Position numbers and translations under genes: made by a program. A DNA stretch of 64,000 nucleotides, taken from NCBI GenBank assembly GCA_038064975.1, contig JBBTRX010000001.1, positions 336-64,335 of the forward strand, given 5' to 3'. A model generated the notes under the pieces. That model had not been told where the DNA came from. It did no database searches and saw only the letters and a list, made by a program, of their open reading frames with translations. Shown piece after piece: positions 1-11,831 of the stretch; positions within the stretch are counted from its first letter, which is position 1, and the number at the start of each line of letters is the position of its first letter. The DNA is from Patescibacteria group bacterium. GTDB lineage: Bacteria; Patescibacteriota; Minisyncoccia; UBA6257; 1-14-0-10-40-38.

Positions 1-457
1 CATACGATTTTTTATTTACGCTATGAGAGTGAATAAATAAACAACCATCGGTATCTACAAGACCCCGAAGACAAGAAATTCGAAATTTAGGATTCGCCAT
101 AATCCAACGAGGAATCCGAAGCCCTTGTGCCAACTTATTTCCACGACGGCAACCGCGAGATACCAGAAAATCTACGACAGTTGTGCTCGCAAGAGAAATA
201 ACGAGTGCTTGACGCTCCTTACGTTTACGCAATATAGGGGTAATATCAAAAAGCTTTAGACAAAGAGCAGCTATATATTGACTGTATGCTCTATCGCTAA
301 CCGCATTTACTGTAATCGTAGCTTGCCACGGATTATTTATGCCACCGTCTCCCAGCATAATCCCAATGAATTCAGCAAATTTTTGAGAAGGAAGCGGAAG
401 AACTACTAACTTACGATGACTTTTCTTTGGATATGTAAGCGAAGTGATAGTCGCCAT
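1..457 (-). CDS. Double-motif LAGLIDADG homing endonuclease-like protein (3' end runs off the window)
   Basis: Not in the ORF track; hand translation from ATG 457 gives MATITSLTYPKK...FAEFIGIMLGDGG...CLRGLVDTDGC, i.e. two LAGLIDADG helices about 100 aa apart. Confidence 0.8.
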   Translation of the reverse strand, partial: MATITSLTYPKKSHRKLVVLPLPSQKFAEFIGIMLGDGGINNPWQATITVNAVSDRAYSQYIAALCLKLFDITPILRKRKERQALVISLASTTVVDFLVSRGCRRGNKLAQGLRIPRWIMANPKFRISCLRGLVDTDGCLFIHSHSVNKKSY

Positions 458-550
458 TTTTATATTTTATCATATTTGGTCTAGTTCCAATATGTGCATA
501 AAAACAAAAAAGCTCTTCCCTGGGAGGGAAAGAGCTTCGTAAAAGGATTG

Positions 551-1111
551 TCACACTTTTTTGAACCAACCTGCGCCAATTTTTCTCCCTGGTTCATTAC
601 AAGGAACGAGATTACCATCAAAATCTTTGAGTATGAATATTTGGGGATGCACGTACTCTCCGTCAACATCAATCGGTATTCCCCTGCAGTAAGCAGGCCG
701 ATCTTTCTTTCGCTCTTCCTTTCCGGAAAAAATACATTCAATAATAAATGGACCATTTCCAAACGATTGCATCATTTCCTGATGGAACCGACATAGACAT
801 CCATGAAGAGTAAAATCATTCTCCCGAGGAACAGGGGTGGACATAGCCTGATCTGACCATCTCACTCGATCTCCCACAGAGAAGAGCTCCCATTCTGGAG
901 GTGGAAGCGGTTCCGGAAAAACAAGTGGCAGACGATCTTCTTCCATGAGGGATTCAACGGGAGATTTCGTCCATACCAATTCCATCCTTCCTTCTCCAAA
1001 ATCCACCATTTTTTTCGGTATTGTTTTCATGCCGTGACATACCCCACACAACGCATCGCCCAATCCTCCGCACTTCGGACACGGAACGTACTCTGCCGTC
1101 TTCGGATCCAT
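551..1111 (-). CDS. Hypothetical protein with N-terminal CxxCxGxG zinc-finger-like motif
   Basis: CPKCGGLG...CGVCHG at the N-terminus; AAGAAGGA upstream; hairpin terminator near 510-537. Confidence 0.55.
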   Translation of the reverse strand: MDPKTAEYVPCPKCGGLGDALCGVCHGMKTIPKKMVDFGEGRMELVWTKSPVESLMEEDRLPLVFPEPLPPPEWELFSVGDRVRWSDQAMSTPVPRENDFTLHGCLCRFHQEMMQSFGNGPFIIECIFSGKEERKKDRPAYCRGIPIDVDGEYVHPQIFILKDFDGNLVPCNEPGRKIGAGWFKKV

Positions 1112-1182
1112 GAAACATATCCTTCTTGTTAAGGGACCAAAGAGAAGGATAGCACGATCAAAAAGCTGGAGCTATTGCAATA

Positions 1183-2091
1183 CTATTTCCCCTCAAATGC
1201 TTTTTCTAACGTTGCAATATCAAATTTTTTCATCTTTAGGAATGCCTGCGTAACACGCGCGATTTTTTCTTTATCCCCGCTCCCCATCATGGTAGCCATC
1301 GCAGTTGGAACAATTTGCCATGAGACGCCGTATTTGTCCTTGAGCCATCCGCATTGCTCTGATTCCGGCACAGCAGATAATTTCTCCCAATAATAATCAA
1401 TTTCTTCTTGCGTATCACAATTTACAATAAAGGAAACCGCTTCGTTAAAATCAAATGAGTGTTTTCCAGCACCGTCCATTGCAGCAAACCAAGTATCAAG
1501 CAGTTTAAAATCTGCGAACATTACGTTCCCCTTGTTACCAGCCGGAGAAGTTTCTTCATATTTCGCGATCATGCCCAACTTTGATTCCTTGAAAACTGAT
1601 AGGTAAAAATTAAGTGCCTCTTCCGCCTTGCCACACTTTTCGTTAATAAATAAAAACGAAGGAATGATGCGCGGACGCTCTTCGCCTTTTGGATCAGTGA
1701 GGATCAATTGCCATGTGAATCCATATTTATCAGCGCACCAGCCATAGCGCTTACTAAAAGGATATTCCTGAAGCTCCATCATCACGTTGCCACCTTCGGA
1801 AAGCTTTGCCCAGATCTTGTCGATTTTTTTTGCCGCATCTGGATCCTGGGATGGATCAAAATTAACCATGAATGAGATCGCAGGAGTAGGTTTGAAATAT
1901 GGACCGGCACTAATTGAAAGAAAGTCAAAACCCCAAAGCGTAAAAGGCACGATATCAGTATCGCCGGACGGCGTGTCGCCAAGAGTTGATATTGTACCTA
2001 CTTTTGAATTGCCGCCGAAAACCGATACATAAAACTCCGCAGCTTCCTTCGCTTCTTTATCAAACCAAAGATGAGGAATAATATTTTTCAT
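1183..2091 (-). CDS. Tandem VOC/PhnB-like (3-demethylubiquinone-9 3-methyltransferase family) protein
   Basis: IIPHLWFDKEAKEAAEFY, two DKYG-WQ motifs, AFLKMKKFDIA. Confidence 0.9.
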   Translation of the reverse strand: MKNIIPHLWFDKEAKEAAEFYVSVFGGNSKVGTISTLGDTPSGDTDIVPFTLWGFDFLSISAGPYFKPTPAISFMVNFDPSQDPDAAKKIDKIWAKLSEGGNVMMELQEYPFSKRYGWCADKYGFTWQLILTDPKGEERPRIIPSFLFINEKCGKAEEALNFYLSVFKESKLGMIAKYEETSPAGNKGNVMFADFKLLDTWFAAMDGAGKHSFDFNEAVSFIVNCDTQEEIDYYWEKLSAVPESEQCGWLKDKYGVSWQIVPTAMATMMGSGDKEKIARVTQAFLKMKKFDIATLEKAFEGK

Positions 2092-2163
2092 ATGTTTATT
2101 TCAACGAACAATAACGATACTCTTATAGAGATGAAGTGCTAATGAGATTAAAATAGTATGCAA

Positions 2164-2742
2164 CTAAATACTATACGTAAGAATACTCACTGCGCCGAAG
2201 ACGATAGCGCCGTAAAGCGCATAGAGCGCTATGGGATAGAAAAATGGGATACCCGAAATTGCAAATAAGAGCAGTGCCGCAACGCCCGTTGATTGCAAAA
2301 TCATTTTCGTCTTTCCCCATGCGTTTGCACGAATCTCTTTGCCGCGCCTATGTTTCAAATAATATGCACTTCCAATCAGCATCATCTCAATCAGAATAAT
2401 CATGAAAGCGATACCGAAGGACATAAATCGAGGAATAAGCAGAATCGCCACAAGGCCGATGAGGAGCTTATCCGCCATGGGGTCATACATTTTACCCCAG
2501 TCGGTAATTTGGTTGCGGGTGCGTGCCAAGGCGCCATCTAAAGCATCGGTAAACGCGGCAACAATAAAGAGTATGACAGAGAGCGGATAGAGTTCCAGAA
2601 AAACAGCAAAAGCAACAACCGGAACCATGATAAACCGAAAGATTGTAAGATGGTTTGGAGTAACCCGTGCCGGCAATAGTTTTAAAAACGTCGCCGCAAG
2701 TATCCTATCCGACACCGTTATCTTTTGCTCTTTTTCATTCAT
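2164..2742 (-). CDS. CDP-alcohol phosphatidyltransferase (PgsA-like)
   Basis: TPNHLT and the DALDGALAR...GKMYDPMADK signature. Confidence 0.9.
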   Translation of the reverse strand: MNEKEQKITVSDRILAATFLKLLPARVTPNHLTIFRFIMVPVVAFAVFLELYPLSVILFIVAAFTDALDGALARTRNQITDWGKMYDPMADKLLIGLVAILLIPRFMSFGIAFMIILIEMMLIGSAYYLKHRRGKEIRANAWGKTKMILQSTGVAALLLFAISGIPFFYPIALYALYGAIVFGAVSILTYSI

Positions 2743-2745
2743 AGA

Positions 2746-3648
2746 CTATAGTTCCATTCCTCGTAATGCTGCCACACGCTCTTCCACGGGAGGATGCGTC
2801 ATAAATAATTTATGAATAAACGAAGTTTTTTGCTTTCCTTTAAACGGATCATCAATCCAAAGATGCGCTGTTGTGTTCTGCGCCCGAGTAACAGGGGTTG
2901 GATCTGAAGCAATTTTTATAAGTGCATTAGCGAGTCCCTCTGGGTAGCGCGTAAGGAGTGCACCGGAAGCGTCCGCGAGAAGCTCTCGTTTTCGAGAGAT
3001 AGCCAGATGCATAAGTGTCGCCGCAATGGGAGCAAGGAGTGACGCTGCAATCGCAACGATAAGAATCACAGGATTCCCTCCACTTCTATTATCTCTGTTT
3101 CGCATACCTCCAAAAAACGTCATACGCATAAACATATCTCCAAGTATAGAAATAAATCCGACTAAAACAACAACAATAGTAGAAACGAGCATGTCTCTGT
3201 TCCCAATATGAGAGAGCTCGTGTGCAAGCACACCTTCCAATTCATTACGCTCCAAACGCCCTAAGAGTCCGGTCGTAACCGCGATAACGGCGTGTTCCGG
3301 ATCCCTGCCAGTTGCAAAGGCGTTCGGTGATGGATCATTTATGCTATATATCTTTGGCACCGGAAGTCCCGCACCGATACAAAGATTCTCCACGAGAGTA
3401 TAGAGCTCCCGCGCATTCTCTCGCGTCACAGGCTGTGCGCGCGTCATTTTAAGTACGAGTTTATCGGACCACCAATATGCCGCAACATTCATAACGATAC
3501 TGAATACTACTGCAATATAGAGAATCATAGGATCACCGTACGCTTGAGCAAAAATCCATCCTACACCCACAACGACAACCAAAAAAACCGTGAATATAAG
3601 CCACGTTTTACGAATATTTTTTGCTTTATGAGTATAAAGAGAAGCCAT
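2746..3648 (-). CDS. htpX: Zinc metalloprotease HtpX (M48)
   Basis: PNAFATG, HELSH, SRKRELLAD, THPP; follows lemA. Confidence 0.93.
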   Translation of the reverse strand: MASLYTHKAKNIRKTWLIFTVFLVVVVGVGWIFAQAYGDPMILYIAVVFSIVMNVAAYWWSDKLVLKMTRAQPVTRENARELYTLVENLCIGAGLPVPKIYSINDPSPNAFATGRDPEHAVIAVTTGLLGRLERNELEGVLAHELSHIGNRDMLVSTIVVVLVGFISILGDMFMRMTFFGGMRNRDNRSGGNPVILIVAIAASLLAPIAATLMHLAISRKRELLADASGALLTRYPEGLANALIKIASDPTPVTRAQNTTAHLWIDDPFKGKQKTSFIHKLFMTHPPVEERVAALRGMEL

Positions 3649-3851
3649 AGGGATAGAAGCTAGTATCTAGAAGTTAGTAAGTAGAAGGCAGAGAGTGAAA
3701 AGGAATACTTAATAGACAATAGTTCGTCGCATTTTACTAAACTGCGACGTCTTCGTCGCTCTTCGCTCCTCGAGATGAAGATCGAGGTATTTCGGTTGCG
3801 AAGGATTAGTCATCTTTCTTCGTAACTACTGATTCCTAAATTCTCTTTTTC

Positions 3852-4418
3852 CTAGAATTTCACTTGTACCGGTTCTCTTTGCGATGCGTCTACTACTTCA
3901 AAAAAGTTCTCTTGTTTGAATTTAAACATGCCCGCAATGATGTTTGACGGGAAAGATTCTATCTTCGTGTTTAACTCCTGAACGACAGCGTTGTAAAACC
4001 GGCGTGCCGCTTGGATTTTATTTTCCGTATCAGCAAGCTCTCTCTGGAGTTCAAGAAAATTCGTGTTGGATTTCAAATCAGGATAATTTTCTGAAACAGC
4101 AAACAGTGTCTTCAAGGTTGAAGATAGTGCATTTTCTGCTCCTGCTTTTTCAAGTGCCGTACCTCCGGTCGCCATAGCTTGCGTTCGTGCTTTCGTAACG
4201 CTCTCCAGTACTCCGCTCTCCTGCTTCATGTAGCCCTTCACCGCTTCAACGAGATTCGGAATAAGGTCATATCTACGCTTGGTTTGCACATCAATATCGG
4301 ACTCTGCTTCTTTCTCGCGATTACGCAACGAAATAAGCCGGTTATACGTAGCGATAACGTACAAGATAGCTATTACTACAACTGCCAAAATGGCGTACAA
4401 AAAATATGCGGTATTCAT
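3852..4418 (-). CDS. lemA: LemA family protein
   Basis: RRYDLIPNLVE, ENYPDLKSN, ARRFYN. Confidence 0.95.
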   Translation of the reverse strand: MNTAYFLYAILAVVVIAILYVIATYNRLISLRNREKEAESDIDVQTKRRYDLIPNLVEAVKGYMKQESGVLESVTKARTQAMATGGTALEKAGAENALSSTLKTLFAVSENYPDLKSNTNFLELQRELADTENKIQAARRFYNAVVQELNTKIESFPSNIIAGMFKFKQENFFEVVDASQREPVQVKF

Positions 4419-4538
4419 AATGATTTATTATAGCACAAAACGAGACTTTCCTAATATACGAATCGAGCGCGAATATGCGAATAACAACCGGAATAATCAA
4501 CTCATTAACTGATTAACTGTCCACTAATCAACTGAATT

Positions 4539-6194
<1,656 letters not shown>

Positions 6195-6258
6195 TTAATA
6201 GTTAATAGAGAATGTACAATAGACAATTATTAATTATCCATTATTCATTGTTAATTGT

Positions 6259-6552
6259 TTATTCTTTTATGATTCCCAAAATGTCGTCTTCGTCGCCGAC
6301 CAGATACTTTTTTCCATCTATTTCAAATTCATCCGGACCATATTTTTTAAATAACACCACGTCTCCGGTTTTGACTGACATAGGAATTCGCTCGCCCTTA
6401 TCATTTACTTTACCTGGACCCGTTGAAATAATTTTTCCCTTAATCGGTTTTTCCCGTTCCGCAGTGTCGGGAATAACAATTCCTGATTTCGTTGTTTTGT
6501 CTTCTTCAATAGGTTCTATAAAAACCCGATTTGATAATGGTTGAAAATTCAT
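6259..6552 (-). CDS. groS: Co-chaperonin GroES
   Basis: PLSNRV, SGIVIPDTA; upstream of groL. Confidence 0.98.
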   Translation of the reverse strand: MNFQPLSNRVFIEPIEEDKTTKSGIVIPDTAEREKPIKGKIISTGPGKVNDKGERIPMSVKTGDVVLFKKYGPDEFEIDGKKYLVGDEDDILGIIKE

Positions 6553-6588
6553 AGTATACGAATGCCTAGCGATCGGTTTTTAATATAA

Positions 6589-6649
6589 ATGGCACTCATG
6601 ACTAGAGAGTGCTAATAGGCATTCTAGGGACGAGGAGCCGGCTTGTCAA
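6589..6649 (-). promoter_or_regulatory. Sigma70 promoter plus CIRCE (HrcA operator) of groESL
   Basis: Minus strand: TTGACA (6649-6644), 17 nt, TAGAAT (6626-6621), then TTAGCACTC-N9-GAGTGCCAT (6615-6589). Confidence 0.9.
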
Positions 6650-6674
6650 TACTCTAAAAGGTTTTAGCCACTAG

Positions 6675-6688
6675 GCCTGCCGGCAGGC
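6675..6688. repeat. Perfect 14-bp GC-rich palindrome, REP-like
   Basis: GCCTGCCGGCAGGC followed by a further AGGCAGG. Confidence 0.5.
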
Positions 6689-6748
6689 AGGCAGGGTTTA
6701 GGGAATAGGGGCTAAAAATTTAAAATTCTATTTTCTACTTACTAGCTT

Positions 6749-7447
6749 CTAGATTCTACTCCCCTCGTATTCCTCAATACGACGCGTATCAAGATGGAGT
6801 TCTAATTCATCGTCGCTTACAATAATTCTCGGCTTGTAACCGGCATGAGGAATAAGTCGCTCCTTTATACGTACAACCTGTACTCCTTTCAATTTTCTTT
6901 CAAACCAGTCCCCCAGCGAGCCAGATAATATTCGCTCACTTATTTTTTTGAATGATGAATCGGTTTTGTAGCCATGCCGAAGATCTTCACGATATATCAC
7001 GCCACCTTCTATCCAATCGTTTGCAGCAAAGAATGTTTTAATTTTTTTCTCCGGACCAAATACGGGAACTAAACAGCTGTATAAGGCGTGCCAATACGCA
7101 TCATGCGGAGGCGAAAGCCGATACGAACAGGCGGAAATAAAATGATTAAGACAGAGCGTATCCGCGGCTTCAAAACTATCGTGATCCAGATTCTTTCTCC
7201 GCCGCCCCAACATGTCCAACATAAGAATAGTAATAAAGCGGGCGGTAAACATCCGCCCCTCTCGCACGGAAATAATGACGTCAAAATCTGACTCCGGTTT
7301 CACATTCCCGATTGCCATAGATCCCGCAGCGCATACGAATTCAACAAAAGGAAGAAATCTGAATATATTTGACTGCCGAATAAGCTTCAACCACTTTTTG
7401 TCATACAGTGTTTTCTGCACCAGCGATTCAAAGCCCAACATATACAC
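6749..7447 (-). CDS. Nucleotidyltransferase-domain protein
   Basis: GSMAIG...SDFD matches the pol-beta NTase GS..DxD motif. Confidence 0.65.
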   Translation of the reverse strand: MYMLGFESLVQKTLYDKKWLKLIRQSNIFRFLPFVEFVCAAGSMAIGNVKPESDFDVIISVREGRMFTARFITILMLDMLGRRRKNLDHDSFEAADTLCLNHFISACSYRLSPPHDAYWHALYSCLVPVFGPEKKIKTFFAANDWIEGGVIYREDLRHGYKTDSSFKKISERILSGSLGDWFERKLKGVQVVRIKERLIPHAGYKPRIIVSDDELELHLDTRRIEEYEGSRI

Positions 7448-7530
7448 AGTATAAAGAAGTAAGTATAAAGTATAAAGCGAAAAACAAAATACAGTATTTA
7501 GTCCGGCAGAGCCGGATAAGTTATAAGTTT

Positions 7531-8595
7531 TTAGTCGTTAGTTTCTTCCTGTAACGGCTGATCAAGTGCTTCAGGGGTTATTTCCGCAGCAACTCCGCTG
7601 ATACGTAAAACGTCTTTATCGATCTTCCCTAATTCTTTATATGCACTGTTATATGCATTTACTGTCGTACCCAAATGATTGCCGATTTTTTTCATATACG
7701 ATTCGTAGCTTGAAAGGTGTCTCCCCAATTCTTCCACGCGCTTGCGAATCAGTTTTGCCGATTCTTCAATCTGGAGCGCTTTTAATCCTTGAAGAACCGT
7801 CTGGAGATATGCCAAAAATGTCGTAGGAGAAACGATCATCACTTTTTTCTCACCTGCGGCGTATTCAATTAAATCCCGCGTATTCGCTTTAACCGCACCC
7901 ACCTTATTAATAAGAAGATCATAGTAGACTGCTTCTGCAGGAATAAACATAAACGCGAATTCCATCGTCCCCTCCGACGGCTTTACGTATTTAGACGTCT
8001 CATCAATGCGGTTTTTTAAATCATTGCGGAACGCGGCTTCATGCTGTGCCCGCTCCTCCGGATCATGTGCTCCCAACAGGCGATTATAATTTTCCAATGA
8101 GAATTTTGAATCAATAGGAATAATACGATCTTTCACAAAAATGACTGCGTCAACAATCGTTCCATCTTTAAACGGATATTGCATCTGGAAACTCCCGGGC
8201 GGAAGCACATTTTTCAAAACAGTTTCAAGGTAATACTCCCCGAGTATTCCTCGCTGTTTCGGATTTTTTAAAATGTCCTGCAAATTTTTCAGCTGATCGG
8301 CAAAATTTACCACCTGTTTATTCGTTTCATCCAGACGCGTCAGGCGCTCAGTAACATCTTGGATAATCCTGGTACTCGCGCCAAACTGCTCGCGCATATG
8401 GGCTTGCATTGCATGACTTGATTCATTGAGCTTCAAATCCAATGTTTTTGCGATTTCGCTCACCTGATTTTGAAGCAATAAAAAAGCCTGGCCGTCGCCC
8501 CGATCGTCGGTACGCCCCTTGCGGAGAACAAATAAAACAGCTCCAAATCCAATAAGGAGAACCCCTAACGCAACAGTAAAAAAAAGCGTATCCAT
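7531..8595 (-). CDS. rmuC: DNA recombination protein RmuC
   Basis: RGILGEYYLE, IDSKFS, FMFIPAEAVY, VSPTT; start moved to ATG 8595, followed by an N-terminal TM helix. Confidence 0.92.
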   Translation of the reverse strand: MDTLFFTVALGVLLIGFGAVLFVLRKGRTDDRGDGQAFLLLQNQVSEIAKTLDLKLNESSHAMQAHMREQFGASTRIIQDVTERLTRLDETNKQVVNFADQLKNLQDILKNPKQRGILGEYYLETVLKNVLPPGSFQMQYPFKDGTIVDAVIFVKDRIIPIDSKFSLENYNRLLGAHDPEERAQHEAAFRNDLKNRIDETSKYVKPSEGTMEFAFMFIPAEAVYYDLLINKVGAVKANTRDLIEYAAGEKKVMIVSPTTFLAYLQTVLQGLKALQIEESAKLIRKRVEELGRHLSSYESYMKKIGNHLGTTVNAYNSAYKELGKIDKDVLRISGVAAEITPEALDQPLQEETND

Positions 8596-8632
8596 CTCCT
8601 CAAGTATACCCGAGACTTCTAGCGGAACAAAT

Positions 8633-10186
8633 TTAGCGGCGACTCCAATACGGTAAACAGTTTTCGCTTCCACATTTTAAGAAATACATAGTATTTTGAC
8701 CACCAACCGTTTGAAGAAACGTTACGACGGGAAGACCGTCCACACCAAGACCAATGGATGCATATTTACCGCCCCCTTCTCCGCCAAGAGATGCAGGTAA
8801 ATCTAATGCCAAAGGCGTGCCATGACTGATGGTACATTCTTTATTGCCACATTTTCGGACATAAAGTGCTTGAGCCGTCTTACTTTGATACGCAATTAAC
8901 GGCAAGCCATCAATGCTGGTAGTAATGGAAGAATATTTACCAACATCGCCTTCTGAGAGTGAACTGACTGTAGAAACTGTAACCAAACTTGGAGTGCAAT
9001 TAATATCTTTACAAGAAAGAAGCATTAAACGTCCATTAGTAGCATGATAAACAGTAATAAGAGGAAACCCATCAGAACCAACAGTAACGGAAGCAAACTC
9101 TCCAACGACCTCATTGAGAGCGTTATTAATAAGCTTATTAGTTACACTACTTGTGCATTCCATATTGGTACATTTTTTAAAATAAATACCTTGTGCGCCA
9201 GCAAGAACGTCATAATAGACGAAATAAGCCGTAAAGAGTAAACCATCCGAACCTAAAGCGAGCTGAGCTCTTGTTCCATTTTTTTCATCTCCCGATGGAA
9301 AACCAGAACCAAGAGTACTAATTGTTACTGGATTAGGAGGATTCTCACAACTTATATTTTCACAAAGAATAAGATAAACTCCTGCAGATGTAGTGCCTCT
9401 TCTGTAAGAGATCGCAGGAAATCCATTAGATTGCGTAGTAATTGAAGTCGGAAGATCTAGGACATTTATAGTATCGAGATCTCTATATGTAGAATTTTTA
9501 CACTCATAATCATAACAAGCATAAAAAATCAATTTAGGACCTGACGCAATACCCGCAATTATGGGATATCCATTTTGACCAATACTAATAGAAACATTTC
9601 CTATTCCCTGCGCAAGATCAAGATCGCTTATAGAAACCGGATTACTACAATCAGGGATAGTACAATGCCCGACTTTAATTCTACCGTCATCAACATAGAC
9701 GAATACCGGCATACCATCCCTACCTATAGTAAGCGCTAAATATCCTCCGGAAATAACTTCTGTTGGGTTGGGTAGACGATAATAAAAATTTTGCGTCGGA
9801 ATCTTAGTATTCGGGAAGAATCGCTGAGATATACCCTCAAGAGTAATACCACCATTAACGCTTAACTTAGCAATAGCAGTAGGTCTTCCAATCGCTACGT
9901 TCCCTTGAGTTAAAAGATTGTTACCGTTAGCAGTGATTCCGATATAAGACGAGCCAATACTTAAAGCTCCTCCAACAGAAAGCGCGCTCTGCGGTTCTTC
10001 TGAATCCGAAAGTGCAATACCTACTTTCGTAGGATCAGTTACACCAGGTTTTAGCCCACCAACTCCAACTCCCGGAAAATTATTGGGATTAACCCACGCA
10101 AAAACTCCGCCCGCAAACAGAATCGCCGCAGACAAAAAAGCGATGGCGAAGATGAATTTGGTATTATGATGCATAAATTTTTCCAT
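8633..10186 (-). CDS. Secreted/anchored Cys-rich repeat protein (probable 7-bladed beta-propeller), paralog 1
   Basis: N-terminal hydrophobic segment; 7 repeats of S-x-x-x-G-x-DG-x-P...C-x4-C; ends CGSENCLPYWSRR. Confidence 0.75.
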   Translation of the reverse strand: MEKFMHHNTKFIFAIAFLSAAILFAGGVFAWVNPNNFPGVGVGGLKPGVTDPTKVGIALSDSEEPQSALSVGGALSIGSSYIGITANGNNLLTQGNVAIGRPTAIAKLSVNGGITLEGISQRFFPNTKIPTQNFYYRLPNPTEVISGGYLALTIGRDGMPVFVYVDDGRIKVGHCTIPDCSNPVSISDLDLAQGIGNVSISIGQNGYPIIAGIASGPKLIFYACYDYECKNSTYRDLDTINVLDLPTSITTQSNGFPAISYRRGTTSAGVYLILCENISCENPPNPVTISTLGSGFPSGDEKNGTRAQLALGSDGLLFTAYFVYYDVLAGAQGIYFKKCTNMECTSSVTNKLINNALNEVVGEFASVTVGSDGFPLITVYHATNGRLMLLSCKDINCTPSLVTVSTVSSLSEGDVGKYSSITTSIDGLPLIAYQSKTAQALYVRKCGNKECTISHGTPLALDLPASLGGEGGGKYASIGLGVDGLPVVTFLQTVGGQNTMYFLKCGSENCLPYWSRR

Positions 10187-10190
10187 AGCA

Positions 10191-11720
10191 TTATCGTGTC
10201 CAATACGGCAGACACCTATCGCTTCCGCATGTTACGAGCTTAAAACCCCCATCTATACGATATGCGACTATCGGTATGCCATGTGATCCAATAGCGACTG
10301 TTGTTCCAAAATTAATAGCATTACTTTGCTCAAGTTCATAGAGTGTATTTTTACCCGAAGAACAATCAGAGCTTGAGCACACGGCAATACGAGAGGCAAG
10401 CATGGGGTTGAGAGACCCTGCTGTTGAGCTTGCAATATAACTTATGACTGGAAAACCATTTATTCCCAATGTGATAGCATTCCACTCCCCACTATTCCAC
10501 GTCGGAGACATGGTGAAACTATCTACCACATTAGATGTAGACGCCGTACAACTAATATCAAGACATTTTAAGACGCGCAACTCACTCAGCCCTCCCACAC
10601 GCACACCGGTGGAAATAACTGGTAATCCATCCAATCCGATTGTGAGCGAATTATGGTATCCGGAGCCTTTTTCACTTGAACCCATATCTTTAGTTAAAAA
10701 ACTAAGACAATCATAATTGGTATTACACTTTGCAAGACGAAGTCTCTGCGAACCGGTAGTGCTCGCGTAATACGACATAACAGGAAGGCCATCATACCCG
10801 ATACCCATAGAGACTGTACCAAATATGACACCTCCCGGAGGGATATCAAATCCCTCCTGAATAGTGCTTGTTAGACCAAGATCGCTACAACCCGCATCAT
10901 TACATTTTCGAAATACAAGTTTATTGGGTGATCCGGCCCGATAATACGCAAGCACGGGATTGCCCGTCTCCGGACTGATACGTATAGAAGGTGAATATCC
11001 TTCGGGATCTACGATACTTTTAATAGATGTCATGCAAGCGATATCGGAACATTTTGCAACTTTTAATTGAGTATTAAGAGTGATTGGATCAACAAAATTA
11101 TAAGCGAATACAGGGCGATTATCTGAACCAATAACAAGAGAATTATCAGCGCTCGTAAGCGCTCCACTTGCTTCTACCAATGAATCAGTATAAGTAGTAC
11201 ACCGTACGTCGTTGCATTTAACAATACGGAACGCCCCTATTCCCGCCTCTTCGGAGGCATAGTATGCCATTACCGGAAAACCATCCGAACCAATAGTCAT
11301 AGAGATATATCTTCCACCAGTAACATTCAAAAGACTTTCCCCTTCGTTTATTGGAAAGCGAGCGTCCCATGATCCGAATTGGATAGTTCTTCCAATGGCA
11401 ATTGTTCCGTTAAGATTTAATGATCCCTTAATAACAGAAGCTCCCTCCCCTATGCCAGCCTTTCCCTCAACATACATTGTTCCTGGAGGAGCAAAAGTCG
11501 TTGTAGCATAGGACCCTATACTCGCACCTCCCAGGACCGTAAGAGAACTTCCCGAAAGAGAAGTATTAATCCCAATATTGCCTCCTTGCGATCGGAGCAC
11601 TCCTTGTTCTGTAGGCGGGTCTTGAGTTGGACTAATAAAACCAAACGTAAGTCCAGCAAGAAGAATAGCAAAAAAAGCTGCCGCGGAAGTTATATTAATG
11701 AGAATACGATGTTCGTGCAT
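10191..11720 (-). CDS. Secreted/anchored Cys-rich repeat protein, paralog 2
   Basis: Same 7-repeat architecture; ends CGSDRCLPYWTR. Confidence 0.75.
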   Translation of the reverse strand: MHEHRILINITSAAAFFAILLAGLTFGFISPTQDPPTEQGVLRSQGGNIGINTSLSGSSLTVLGGASIGSYATTTFAPPGTMYVEGKAGIGEGASVIKGSLNLNGTIAIGRTIQFGSWDARFPINEGESLLNVTGGRYISMTIGSDGFPVMAYYASEEAGIGAFRIVKCNDVRCTTYTDSLVEASGALTSADNSLVIGSDNRPVFAYNFVDPITLNTQLKVAKCSDIACMTSIKSIVDPEGYSPSIRISPETGNPVLAYYRAGSPNKLVFRKCNDAGCSDLGLTSTIQEGFDIPPGGVIFGTVSMGIGYDGLPVMSYYASTTGSQRLRLAKCNTNYDCLSFLTKDMGSSEKGSGYHNSLTIGLDGLPVISTGVRVGGLSELRVLKCLDISCTASTSNVVDSFTMSPTWNSGEWNAITLGINGFPVISYIASSTAGSLNPMLASRIAVCSSSDCSSGKNTLYELEQSNAINFGTTVAIGSHGIPIVAYRIDGGFKLVTCGSDRCLPYWTR

Positions 11721-11721
11721 A

Positions 11722-11809
11722 GGAATAGAATCTAGAAAATAGAATCTAGAAAATAGAAATAAGAAGTGGAAAATAATATTTGTATCATTTGTATATTAGT
11801 ATCGATACA
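11722..11809 (-). repeat. 88-bp intergenic repeat, copy 1
   Basis: Reverse complement matches 16277-16364 at 87/88 positions. Confidence 0.9.
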
Positions 11810-11831
11810 CAATTTCTTTGTTTATTGCACA

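Noticed and set aside
2115-2145. Second CIRCE upstream of the VOC gene
   Set aside because: Only a partial half-site (AGTGCTAA) with no properly spaced partner
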